Shown: positions 1 through 13,748, numbered from the stretch's first letter. The stretch: 64,000 nucleotides of DNA from Dimorphilus gyrociliatus (GCA_904063045.1 CAJFCJ010000012.1:496001-560000); one strand, 5' to 3'. Numbers and translations: made by a program. Notes: generated from the sequence alone by a model not told the origin.

Positions 1-74
1 TTTTTTTATTAGATCTATAAACTGTTACTACTCTTACAATAGATTCGATACAAAATAATATTGATAAGGGATAA

Positions 75-1819
75 TTATTTTCTGCCACCACGTTTATGCA
101 ATCTGAATGACATGTAGTCTATGAAATTAAAGAAGAAAAAATCGATTATTTCAAGCAGGCTTAATATAGTTGATCCCAATATCAATCCAAAAGCTCCTCC
201 CACATCGGATAAAAATGCTAGTCCAGTATAGCCTTTCTTGTCAATTATTTCAGACACGGTCAAAGTTGAAAAGTAGACTTTAAGTATACAATATTGATTT
301 AAAATGAATTTTCTCGTTTGTCCTAATGCTTCACTGTTAAGTTTATCCATAAAAAAATTTCCAGCTGAATTATGCGATATTGTTTTTAAATATTCTGTTG
401 TTTTACACATTGGTAAACAATTACATTTTTCTACCATTTGATTGTTAACGTAGTCAAAAGTTTTCTTATTTGCGCATTGCTGTTCTAGTACGCTACATAT
501 TTTGGAATTCCCAATCATATATATGTCCTTGCAATGACATTTACCAATTACATAATCTGATAGACATTTTAATTTACAATTTTTAACTGTGTAGTTACTG
601 TCAGGATTACAATTGCCATAGGGTTTAGGAAGGTTAGATTTCCTAATGACAGAAAGAGCAATATTAGTTTGAGTTCCAGGACTTAAAAAAACTGATTCGT
701 CATCTCTTAATGGTAAATCACTCTTGTCATGTACGAATACCTAAAAAAGAATTAGTATACACAATTGGCAAAGGTGTCTTTGTATATATATACTGTACAT
801 ACTGTATATACTGTATATACAGTATATATCAGATTGTATTGCAAGATCAGAAACAAAAGCACTGATAACCAAATAATTTAACCATCTTAATGAAACAGTT
901 TGACATTTTAACTTAAATTTTGCATTTAATGAGATCAAATTCTAGTTTTAAGGATTTTGAAATATCAATATTTAAATACACGGATTTTTGTTATCGAAAT
1001 AGCAATACAATGAGTAAGATTAGCATTTAAAATTTTACTCTGTATCCAGCTGCAGGTGAATTTAGAGTAAAATAATCTTGTTGTCCAACAAATAAGAGCA
1101 TATCAAGTGCGAAAATAGAACCTTCTTGGCTTATTTTCCTTGATATATTATCATTATTAAACTGATAGCATAAACCCAAATCAGTTATAACAGAAGTTAT
1201 GTTTTCTCTGCTGCATGCAGTTTTCTTGAAAGTGCACTGAAAGTTTATAACAATCTGCAATAAAGATTGTTTCTATATATCCAAGTTTCTATTACCTGTT
1301 GTAATTCAATTGCTGATCTAAATGGATAAAGTTTTTCGTAAACTTCCTTAAACGTCGTGTTCCCTAATGTGTTAAATTTTCTTTTTTCTGCTTCAGTTAA
1401 TTCAGGAGCCAAAGGATTATTTATAGTCTCAAAAATTTCTGTTAAATCTTTAAAGAAAAATGAAGTATTTTCAATAATATATTAAATCTGCTTAAGAACT
1501 CACTGAGAATCTCTGCTACCTTTAGTAGATAACGATTTTCCGAACATATAGTAATTGTTGGAAAAATAAGCGATTTTTCATATCTATATTTAATATCCGT
1601 TTTAGACTTAAAAGAATAGTACGCTTTTGTTCTATTAGTTAGTTGAAAAATCATGAAACATAATCCAAAAAGAACAAGTATAGACCATGTTATTCTTCTC
1701 TTTGTAGAATTATGAGATGAAAGAAATCTTACACCCTTAAAACTTGATACTGCAAAATAGAAATCTAATTTTTTTGACCAGAATATTTTAAAAGTATCGC
1801 TTTCCAATTCTTCTTCCAT
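75..1819 (-). CDS. DEG/ENaC (ASIC/FaNaC-like) sodium channel subunit; exons approx 1819-1504, 1447-1296, 1254-1039, 740-75
   Basis: TM1 (RRITWSILVLFGLCFMIFQL), FPTITICSEN, TDLGLCYQFN, GYR|VFVHD...SPGTQTNIAL, Cys-rich thumb (PKPYGNC...CKLKC...CHC...CNCLPMC), TM2 SDVGGAFGLILGSTILSLLEIIDF. GT-AG junctions keep the frame across all four exons. Confidence 0.93.
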
Positions 1820-1831
1820 ATTAACTAAAAG

Positions 1832-4800
1832 GAGAAGCTTTTTCTGCTGAAGTGAATCAGAGAGTAGCTACACTTGCACTGAGTGAAAATTTGTATTTGA
1901 ACAACAAAGTATGTTTGTACTTAATGTCTTATAAAATAATAATGCGAAAGCAACCTTACTGTTTCCATGACGCACCTATTCATTATTAAAATGTTTCCAA
2001 GTTCCACTTTTTTATATTAATTAATAAGCATAGTATATTTTTAAAATAGTCAAATGATCAATATGATTGGTTTTGGGCTGATGGCTCTAAACTTGGGTCC
2101 AGAAGTTATTGGAAAGATAAAGCACCAACGTTAAAACCGTTTGTATTTTTTGCAAAATTGTTTAAATGATTCACTAATCAATTAATTGTGGTAAATTAGT
2201 AATGAGAGAAACTCTACTTGTGTAGTTGTTGCTAGAGACGGACAAAGTAAAAAAAATTGGATGCATAAATCGTGTGATGAATCGTTTGGTAGTCTTTGTA
2301 TGCATAAATCCGGTAAATTTAGAATATTAATTGAGTTTTTAAATAATAAAACAATAAAATTTGTATTAAAGGAACCTGCGCAGCTAATTGGGATATTCAT
2401 CATAACTATTGTTATAGATTTTTCACTACAGAAAATATGAGAACTTCGTTCAACAATGCAAATAAGTATTGCACTGATAGAAAGAGTACAATGTTACATA
2501 TAAAGACGTAAATTTTCAATAAGAGAAATATCTAGTTTATAGTTTAATAAATGTATATGAAATTTTAGGGAAAACGATCAGAATTTTGTTAATAGACGTC
2601 TTGCTGGATATTTTAGTTCTGGGGCAAGATATTTATGGTTAGGAATTAATGATGCAGGTTCAAATGATCGAGATCGATGCAAATTTAAATGGACTGATGG
2701 AACTTCTATTACAAGCACTTATAAAGTAAATTTTATTTTATAGCTTGAAATAACATAAAAGTGTTCATTTTATATTTATTTTGCAGAATTGGCTGTCAGA
2801 TACCCCTCTCTGCTTTCCCAATACGAAAATTATCTCTTATGGATATATTTTCACGGGTAATACGCATTTACAAAACTGATGGATTTTAAAAAACAAAACA
2901 ATTGTCTTAAACTTTATCCTTCTATTTTAATAGGTGATCGAGCTGGTAGATGGAGAACGAGTGAAAATCCGGCTCAATTGAACGCATTTGGTTGTAAGAT
3001 TAGAGTAGGTCAAGAACCTACTGAACCAACTCAACCTCCCGGTAACTATTTATTTATCAATTGAAAAGCATGACTTAATCATAAAAAATTGTGTTTCCAA
3101 TAGTTCAATATTCTTGCCCAAGTGGATGGAAGTTGAATGATAAAAAGTGCTATGCATTCTTCGATTTAAAAATGAATTTCTTAGAAGCCCGTGATCAATG
3201 TTTAAAAAATGATTCACAATTAGTACAAGTGTATTCTCCTGATGAAAACGCCTTTGTCACTGGTCTTAGTAACAACGTTATCTATATGGGGTTGGCCAGT
3301 CTTACTCCAAAAGGCAATTACACCTGGATAGGTGTGCCAAGTGGAATAGTACATATTTAGCCTACATATATATAAGCCGTTAGATTTTGATTATTATTTT
3401 TTTTATCAAATTCTAGCCTAGTTATACGAATTGGGCTCCAGGAGAACCTAGTCATACACATGGTAATATAGAAGAAGATTGTGGAACAATGAAATTTTCA
3501 CCTGAGACTGATAAAGGAAAATGGAATGATGTACCTTGTGATTATAAGTATAGTTTCGTTTGTGAAAAGCCTGCGAGTAAGTTGTTTCTTGTTTAAATCT
3601 TCCTTAGGTAGCAAAATATATTGTTTACGTTAACCAGGTGTGGTTGGTAATCCTACTACTCCTCCAGTGACAGTTCCAACTCGTAAGCTGTTTCAATTTA
3701 TATTCATTTTATAGCTTTAAAAACTTATTCTTTTTCACAAAGCGAGCTGGACAAATAAATGTGGTATCAATTGGTCTGATCGCCTTAGATCTCCCTATTG
3801 TTATATGGTTATATCCACAACTATTTCGTGGCTTTTCGCGAAAAGAACTTGTAATCACTATGGTGGGGAGTTAGCTTCCATACACGATGCTGCAGAAGAA
3901 GCGTACATAAGAGAACTTGCTGTTCAAGGTTCACAGTCAGCTTATTGGATAGGGATGAATGACAGATCTCAGAAAAAGTTTTGGAAATGGTCAGATGCTA
4001 GTCCCGTGAATTTTATAAACTGGGGCCCGTCTTTCCCTAATCCTTCTGCAGGTAAACGAGATTGCGGTGTGTATGTGCCAGACAAAAGAGAATGGCAAAC
4101 TCGCGACTGCCGAGGAGGAAGAAACGGTATTGTCTGTAAAAAGAGAGGAAAACTACCTGATGGTCCTGCGACATCTCCAGCAACTCCCCCTGTAACAAAA
4201 CCGGGTATGAAATATGGATGTCTAGCTGGATGGAAGGAATGGTCTCAAGGAAAACACTGTTACAAATTTATTAACGAAACAAAGACTTTTGACGAAGCCC
4301 GTAGAGGATGTCAAGATTCCGCGATAGGTGCCGATTTAGTATCAATTCAATCAACGGAAGAAAATGACTATATCTTTGGAAATTTAAATCAAAGTAAGAA
4401 ATATTTTAAGCCAACTCTAATTTATATAAGAAAATTGAATATCTGATTAGTCGGAAGTTCTAACGGCGTTCCAAGAGCATGGATAGGAATGAGAAACATT
4501 TTTGGCTATGGTCATTTTGCCTGGTTAGATTTAAGTGAATTTAGCTTTTCAAACTGGGGTGATAGTCAACCGGAAAGCTCTAATACAATTGGTTCGAAAT
4601 GTACTAGTATGAATCTACAAGTAAGAAAGTTATAAAATATTTGTTTTCCAAATATGTAATTGACCTATGACTTTACTGTTAGAATAATCGTTGGAGAACA
4701 AACGATTGTACAAACAATTTACAAGGTTTTGTTTGCAAAACGAAAAAAATTTTGGTTCCTGCAGTTACGCCAACGATAGCTAATTGTCCAATGGTCAGAG

Positions 4801-7800
4801 AAGCATTTAATATTCATTGAATTTAAAGTTGAGATGAAAAGCATATCTATATATTACAGGGCACTGACTTCGAATACAGACACTCGTGTTATAAACTAGT
4901 TAGGAATCAAATGAGCTTTGACAACTCAAGAAATAATTGTAATAGTACATTCGATGGCGATTTAGTCGATATGGCTGATAAGTAATTTTTAAATTTTAAC
5001 AATAATTTATCATTTTATTTTCATCTTTTTTATTACTAATAATGTAATATAGGCAAGAATTGGCTAGAATAGTTGGTGAACTGCCTAGACACGAAGTAGC
5101 TCATTTCTGGATTGCTTTTTCAAATAGAGGTTCAAGTGGAGGAAAGGAGTGGAAATGGGTTACAGGTATGCCAAATGCTGTAACTAATTGGGACGAAGGG
5201 GAGCCCGAACAAAAGGAAGGTTTATGTGCTGTCATTGAGTCAGGAAGACATATGGGCTTATGGAAGACTCGGAGATGTGGAATAGAAATTTGGCATATAT
5301 GCAAGAGAACGAAAATCGGTTGGACAACTCCACCATTACCTACTACAACTGCCATTCCTGTTTGTCATGAGGGCTGGGAACCCCCAAGCTTTGTAACCGA
5401 TTCTAATGCTTGCTACAAGGTTTTCACTTTTACTCAATTGTTATCAAAATATAGTTTAAATGGTTTATAGATATTTCGAGAGAGTAAAACTTGGCAAAGC
5501 GCAAGAGAATACTGTAGCAGTATCGGATCTAAATTAGCCACAATTCATAGCGATAAAGAAAATATGCACATAGGACGTCTAACGCCCTTGTAAGTATGGA
5601 TATTAGAAAAACAGAGTCTAATTATTATAACGCCAATATTCTTCATGTTAGTGACCAGTATTGGATCGGTCTATATAACAATTCCGGAAGTGAGCATTGT
5701 CTAAATTTCACTATATATTTTATTTTTATAATACACTTAATTTACATCATTACACCATAAATTCCAACCAATAGAGCATACTTGGGTAGATGAATCTCAA
5801 GTTGATTATGAAAATTGGGAGCCAAATCAACCAGATAGTCATAACGGAATGGAAAATTGTGTTCAAATAAATACTCAAGGAACTGCTGGAGATAAATGGA
5901 GATATAAAAGTTGTTTCGTTAGTCAGCCATTTGTTTGTAGATTGGAGAAAGGACAAAAACCAAAAGATCCTCCGACATTACCCCCACCACCCACTGCGAT
6001 ATGCGGCAACGATGATAGTTGGAGAAAAATAGGAGACTATTGTTATTACGTATCTAAGGTTAATGAAGATAAGAATTGGTTTAGAGCTAGAGAGTTTTGT
6101 AAGAGAAATGGTGGAGAACTAACAAGTATCCATGATGCTGATGTTAATAATAAACTGACATCTTGGGTAAAAACAATTGCACAAATACAATGATATAGTA
6201 TAAAGTGTTTTTTTAAATAGTCTAGTAGCTTAACTCATGTAAGGAAAACATTCTGGATTGGTTTGAATGAACTTGAGAGAACTGGATATAAGTAATAAAT
6301 AAAAAGTCTTTGACTTGTGTAACTCAGTTTTTTTCCTTAATTAGGTGGAGTGACGGAAGTCCTAGAGACTTTTTCAATTGGGCCCCAGGAGAGCCTAATG
6401 ACCATCATTTTGGCCAGCTATGTGTTAATTTATATAGTTTTAGCAGTGAGTTTAAAATTATACAAAGATATTTGAATATTTTGCCTAATTCATTAACTTT
6501 TAAAAGGTTTCTGGAACGACGATAATTGCGGTGACGTTCTACCCTATATATGTAGAAGGTGGAATGGAACAGGTACCCGACCAACAATTCCTCCCGATCC
6601 TCCAATGCCTGGCTTTTGCCCAGAGGGATTCTTTTCAATAGGTTAAGTCTAATTACAGATTAGAAGTTTAGTAGTATTTATAAAAAAATATTTCTTTTAG
6701 ATAATCGCTGTTATAAAGCATTCAATGACTTAAAAACGTGGGAAGATGCAGTCGTTGCCTGTAGAAATTTAAGCTCAGATTCATTAGTTCCTTACGATTT
6801 GGCGAGTGTAATAAACAGTAGAGAGCAAAAATTAATTAATGTTGTTGTTGGAGATGCCGCTTACAGGTTTTAGATTAACTAGTTTTGTCCAATAGCTCAA
6901 CTTATTTATTGTTCATATGTAATATTTAGATTTTACAAAGATAATCCTGGTACATCAAAAACTATTACATATTGGATTGGACTTTCGAGTAGAGTTAGAG
7001 TAAGTTTGGAGTAGGATAATTCTGATAGACTTTTTATGACTCGAACAATTACAGGATAGACCTCAAAAGTTCCAATGGGTCGATAACGCACCTTTTGACT
7101 ATAGCAACTGGGCTGATGGTGAACCAAATGGTCAACCTTATGAAGTGAGAAATTCCTAAATGAAAATAATTTACTAATTATTTAATTACAACATGTGTAA
7201 TTTCGTTAGGTTCAATGTACTGAGGCATATTCAAATAATGACCGTAACTATGGAAAATGGAATGATCATGACTGCAATTCGGACATTGGATATATATGCC
7301 AATATAGAAAAAGTTATTTCGTCCAAGCTATACAGCAAGCTTTATTCATTTTATTTCTTTTGTTTTTCTAGATGCTCAAAACGAGATTACCTCTGCTCCT
7401 CCACCTCCTCCCAGATGTGATAATGGATGGGATGCATACAATCATAATTGCTATAAATTCTATTCCAATAAATCAACGTGGGAGGAAGCAAACAATAAAT
7501 GTAAAGAAGGGAGAGGTTAGTTAATGATATCCTATACGGCTATACTAATCTTAACTAAATTTAATTTGAACAAACGTTTAGGAACATTGGCTTCAATACA
7601 TGGACTGGCTGAGAATTCTTACTTAGAGCTATATAACGAAATGAATTCTAATGTTGATGAACTTTGGATTGGTTTAAAAGCTATAGATTCGAATGTAATT
7701 GGCTTTTTCTTATTTATTATTTACACTTGAGTACTTCGATTGCCATTTGTTATCTTTTTTGTGTTTTTGGCTAGGCATCCTCCATAACTTACGAATGGAT

Positions 7801-9564
7801 AGATAAGTGGCCAGTTACCTATACTAATTGGGGGACACAGCAATCATGTGGAGCAGAATGCGGTTGTGTTTCAATGTCTAAAAATGGCACATGGTCGGAT
7901 ATAAAATGTTCCACGAAACAGGCATTTTTGTGTAGGCAGACTAATGGTAATTAAAACACGTTTTTAAATTAAAAATTTAATATATTTTAAAAATCATATA
8001 TAGTAATATACAGTATATATAATTTATATATTTCCGTATATAGAAGAGTTAAGAGAATTGCTTACATGCCCTCTTTTTTTTCTATTATCACATTAATTTG
8101 CTTTAGTAAGGCTGAGAACGATAAGAGAGCTTTTCATCCTTTAACAAGTAAAAAATTCATTTTAGTTCATGGCGATGAAAGATTATACAGTATTGCTATT
8201 TTAAAATGTATCAATCTTCGAGGACTAAAATCATTATAGTTCTCAACTGGTCGGCATATAGTCTAGTTTTTACTATAATTATTTTATTGCTGGTTAGTCA
8301 CAGAAAGTCTACTTACAAGAAAGAATTAATTTTAGTATCAAATGTACAATATCTTGAAAAAGTTGTATTTTATAATGTCAACTAAAGAGTAACGAAAAAA
8401 TCTTAGATAATTACTTTTGGGATGAACTTGCAATCGTGTGTATGCAATTTTACGATTAGTTTTATGCAAGGAAATAGCTTAAAGTTAAATATGCATAGGT
8501 ATAAGTATAATTATAAATAAATTGAGTATGTATGCATTTTAGAACAACCTCCAACGACTCCTCCCCCTCCTCCTCCTTCTCCTTGTATAAACGACGATTG
8601 GAAATATTTTAATGGATATTGCTACAAACTAGGCGATATGGGAAGTTGGGCTGATGGTAGAATGTCCTGCGAGTAGGTTATCATCTATTAGTTTGAAACG
8701 TTATTTCTATTACTTTTTTTTCAAAGAATGGCTGGAGCTACTTTAGCATCTATTCATGGCGAAGATGAAAACAAGTTCATATATGAGTTAGGAAAGGGAA
8801 AAATAGGAGATATTTGGATTGGAGCAGTCAAAATTGGTGGTATTAATGGAAGTGAGTGGAAAAACATTCCATATTTAGCTTCTAATCTATTTTTAACTAT
8901 TTTTCTCAGCATTTAAATGGATAGATGATACGGCATTTGGTAATTATAAAAACTGGGCCAAAGATGAACCCAATGATGATGATGGTAGGTCAATTTGTGT
9001 GGAAATGTATACGGGAACTTACGAAACAGGCAAATGGAACGACCACTTGTGTGATAAGAGATGCAATCATATTTGTAAAATGCCAGTTCGTTAGTATTCA
9101 TCAAAAACACTAGCATGAATTAATACGACTATTTATAGCTAATAATGCTTCAACGGCAACACCCTCTACAACTGTACCACCAGTTCCAACTCGGATGACA
9201 AAAACTACACAGGTCAAACCAACTGATCCCGGAAAACCGCCAGTTCGTTCAAGTGAGATATCTATTAATATAATTTAGAATAAAATTTAACAAAAACTTT
9301 TTTTCAAAAGCAATATCGCTAAGACCTTCACACTTTACGGATCCAATTAGAAGGACTAGAGGTCCTGGAGAAAAACAAACTTCAGGTCTATCTGGAGGAG
9401 CTAAAGGAGGAATAGCCTTCGCTGTAGTATGCTTACTCTTAGCAGTAATTTGTATTGGTCTTTTCGTCGCCAGAAGAAAAAATAAAATTCCTCAAAGTAT
9501 TTTAACAGTTGCTGAAGGAAGAGGCTCTGGTATTACTAATCCAGGCTATGGACAGTTAAATTAA
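1832..9564 (+). CDS. Macrophage mannose receptor-like type I membrane protein with tandem C-type lectin domains (10 complete plus 1 partial); 5' end unresolved
   Basis: Repeated C-x3-W...CY...W-x-G...NW...WND/W-x-x-x-x-C motifs across more than 25 small exons, with Pro/Thr-rich linkers. Last exon gives a TM helix (GGIAFAVVCLLLAVICIGLFVA) and tail ...ITNPGYGQLN* (stop 9562-9564). The start coordinate is the most upstream plausible exon (1832-1908) and is tentative; no signal peptide was found. Confidence 0.88.
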
Positions 9565-9807
9565 TGGATTTTTGATTCAATCTTATAAGATTTCTTCAAT
9601 TATTATTACTGTAAAGCTTTAATTCATAAAAACATTTTTACTATTCACATATTATATTCTAGTTATAAAATTACAGGTGTTAAATCAATACGCAAGTATT
9701 ATTAGTAACGCAAAGAACTAGTTTTTGGCCTACAAAAGTCAATCAATAATAACTTTCTTGTATCTGTAATAAATATATCAAATTGAAAGTTATTGATTTA
9801 TTTATAT

Positions 9808-9810
<3 letters not shown>

Positions 9811-9852
<42 letters not shown>
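9811..9852. repeat. (TA)n microsatellite; similar tracts at about 16216-16252, 37326-37350, 38791-38832, 40111-40138 and 58213-58238
   Basis: Direct reading. Confidence 0.95.
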
Positions 9853-9854
<2 letters not shown>

Positions 9855-10041
9855 TGTATATCCATATACAAATAGTTATTTTATTTTAAATGAAGAGGTT
9901 GTTCGTAGAGAGAAATAAAAAGGACAGAAGTAAATTTGCATTACATAGAGTATGCATGAAAAACAACGGAAATTTTCTATAATGATAGTTCGGATAGAAG
10001 AAGAAATAAGAGAGAGAAAGAGAGAGAGAATGCGTAAATAA

Positions 10042-12050
10042 TTATGTCTTATTATAAAACGTCCAGTAAACAATATTAAATAATGCAAACAATGCTGGAA
10101 AAAAAGCTCTGCAAAATATGTCAATAATTTTTGCTGTACTCTTCTTGTCTTTATTATTTTTCGATGGAGCTAGATGTCTACTTCTTTGGTGATCATCATC
10201 ATTTGGTATGACTCTTACTATTCTCTTCCTAATTCTTTTGTCTTTTGATGGTAGCAGTTGACTAACCTTCAAATTAATATATGAAGCAAGTTAATAGCTG
10301 CTAATAAGGCTACTTGATAAGATAATACGCACTTTTGCATTAGAAAACATTTCCTTCAAGAACTGGTTAGAGTTTCTTTGACGTCTATCTAAAAGATTTA
10401 CTAGGGGATATTCAAGAAATGCTCCAACAACCATTAAGAGACAAACCGCCATCCATATGTCAATAGCTTTGACATAAGATAATTTAGGCATTTGGGCAGC
10501 AAAATTGGAATTTTGGGTACTAACAGTTAACACTGTTAATAAGCCTAACGATATTCTAGGCGCTACAGCTTCAATTTCTATCCAAAATGTTAGCCAAGAA
10601 AGTATTACTATTAACAATGAAGGCACATAAACATTAATTAAGTAATATTCAAAATGTCTCTGGAAAAACAGGTCTGCTTTTAAGCATGAAAAATTCCCTG
10701 TCATTGTTTTGGAGTAACAGTAGGAATTTAAAATATCCACTAATTGAAATTCTGGCACTTTAAGATTTCTTGCAACCGTTGTTGGCCACTTGCTATAATC
10801 CCAAATTAACAAAAGGTCACTTGCCGTATAGCCATCTGTTTAAAGTAATCAACAAATTACTTTTATACAAGAGAAAACAACAAAAGACATTCTTATGGTG
10901 ATGAAAAACTAGAGATATTTAGATAGTTTTAAGGTAGATATCTAGCACATAAAATTTCCATATAGCTTAAATTAGTAAAACTTTTAAATAGGCTTAAATT
11001 TATGTTGTTTTTAGTTTGAGTATATAGTTTCACTATCATCCTACTTTAAGACCAATCGTTTATAAATACATCCTCTTATATAGGAAGCTGAGATCTGACT
11101 TTCTCTTGTAAGTTAAGTGCTTGGGTAGGTAAAAGGTTCTGAATTGATGATTTGACTTGGTAAATGATAACTGGGATAATTAATCCTTTAAATTTTTTTT
11201 AAACTATCGCGAAATCAAGTTACTTTAGACGAAAATAGTATGGTAATATTATACTTAAATGCTTGCAAGTCATCGTCTCAACGTTCGTGACATCTGTACT
11301 AAATAGGCTGAAATTCTTTCCTCACTTTCTTAATATATGGTACTAGTTGAATTTTTTTCTCTTTCCTTTACTAAACAACAAACATTTACATGTAATGCAT
11401 ATAATCTACTTTAAAACATATATAACATTTTGTTGCTTGCTTTGTTTAAACATTCAATTAAAATAAAATAAATTAGCAAAAGAGAAGCATTAAAAAGAGA
11501 AATTCTTACAGCTCCCAATTACTACTCGGCAGGTTTGATTGTCCAGGGGAAATTTCTTTAGTTGTAATTCACAATGTAAAGTTAAACTTAATCTTTGACT
11601 GTAAGTGATATTTCCATTTGGATACAAATGTAAAAGTCGATTAGGAACAACGATATCGTGGGTTCTTCCTGTTTTCTCATTCTTTATGAATACATCAGGG
11701 ATCCATACTTTTTCGATCTGTTTATGTGAAAGAGTATACTTCCGTGTCTTATTTAAGTGAGAAAATCTTAATCTTGGATCATTCCATTTGAGTCTTAAAT
11801 AAATATTCATATCGTACTCCTGTTGGTTATTTACAAATACATATTATTATTAAGAATGTGCTTGGTTTGTATAAACACAAACCATTCCAGCCTCTCTTAA
11901 TGCTGACAAGGAATTGATGCGAAAGTTTATTGAACAGACAACAGGTTCGTTAATGCCAATGTTAGGAGGAACTTCTCCATCGTACTGGGATGGAGATAAT
12001 AATCCACTAACTATTTGATGCATTTCTGTTCGCTGATTGGGAGAAGAATT
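10042..12050 (-). CDS. Cys-loop ligand-gated chloride channel subunit, GlyR/GluCl-like; signal-peptide exon(s) upstream of 12050 not resolved
   Basis: NIYLRLKWNDPRL, loop A WIPDVFIKNEK, Cys loop CELQLKKFPLDNQTC, SY|GY junction, loop C YCYSKTMTGNFSC (second disulfide typical of GlyR/GluCl), M1 YVPSLLIVILSWLTFWI, M2 APRISLGLLTVLT, SYVKAIDIWM, M4 IDIFCRAFFPALFALFNIVYW. Confidence 0.92.
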
Positions 12051-13748
12051 TCTGTTTCACATCATAAGAATCAATTTAGAACTCACAAATAATATATATA
12101 CCTTATTAAAATTAGTAAATATAGATAAATAATCATTGTTAAAAAAACTGTTATCTTTTTTCCACTCTCATAGTAAACTTTAAGCAATCCGTATTATTTT
12201 CGAGTTGGATGTTATACTCTCTTATATTTCGTTATTAAGAGTGTTGGTTATTAATAAAGCTTTTATATTATGATAATTAAAAAAAAAACATATGTTCGTC
12301 TGAGCCAATTAAAATAGCAGACAACTAAGTGACATATGGTAATCAAAGCATTAATTCATTTGTTTTATCCTTTTATTGTAAAAAATTCACGCTCAATATA
12401 TAAAAAGCATGAATACTATTAAGCAGTAAACTCTTACTCATATTGTACAATGATTTGTTTTTCAGTTTTATAATAATGGTATAAAGCTTTTTTTATTATT
12501 CAATGTCAGAGACCTTTTGTAAATTTTTAACATTTTTAACAAATCGTTCAGCTTTTTTTGTTGGTAAGTTACAACAAAAAGTTTGTATGCTTTTTGCTTT
12601 TCAATTTTATCTTTTTACCAGTTAAAAATAGTTATTAGGTAACTATTCAAGGTTATCATCCATTGTATATCCCTTTACATATTATCGAATTTTTACTTAC
12701 AGATGCCATTTATTTTTTGTATTTATTCGATGAAAGAACGTTGTTGATGCTTTTCGGAGTATTATTTTATTATTAATTGACTTAAAAGTATTTTTTCATT
12801 CCCTCTCTCTCTCTCTCTGTTTATCTACTTGTGTTACATTTTTTAATCAGCTAGACAATTTTTGATTTAGAAATAGAAAATATATAAAAAAAATAGACGA
12901 TTAAAAAAATTAATTGGGTACGAAAGAAAAGAAAATTATTCCTTTGTAAAGTAATTCCGAATAAGGAGGTTTTCTTTTATAATTTCTCTTTTTTTCAATA
13001 GTAAAGAAAAAGTATGGTATATTTAATATTTTGTACGTAGAATTATAAGTTTTTGTAAAAAAAATCATCATATTAGAGGTACACAGAGAGGGATTCACTT
13101 TAAATTTGTAGTTGCCCGATTATGTTTATGTGTTGGCGTGGTATAAAGTGAACAAATTTTTAGGATATACAATAAAATATGTAAAGTTATTAAATACCAA
13201 AGCTTTTGAAAGTTTAATAAGGATAAAGATATATTTAGTATTTTACATCAACAGAAACTAAGTGGATTATCAGAGTAAATTCAAATACTTAAATATCAAA
13301 AGTTTATTTTGCTCATTTTATGAATATCTCTATTTTCTGTCTACTCAATCTCTTTGCGATATCATATATCGTGTAACCAATGAAATACTCTATTAAATTA
13401 AAAATATTTTAATGAAAGCTACCTTTAAAAGTGTTTCTAAATATTCTTCTATATTAATTAAAAGTGCAATAAATTAACATCTAAATATTTTTTATTTCTA
13501 AGCACGAACGCTATTTGTATAAAACACTTAGCCATCAATATAAACACATATTATATTTTTAAACTTAATATAAAGATCATTTTTTAAATATAGTCATACT
13601 TTTAATTAGATACTGATACGTTCAAATGTTTTACCTTTAACAAAAAATATAGAGCTAAAAGCCTTCTTTGTGTCACAGTAGGAAAGGTAAAGTCACGTGA
13701 CATTAGACTACAGCAGTAATATCTCGAGCACTGTACTGTGTAGATAAA

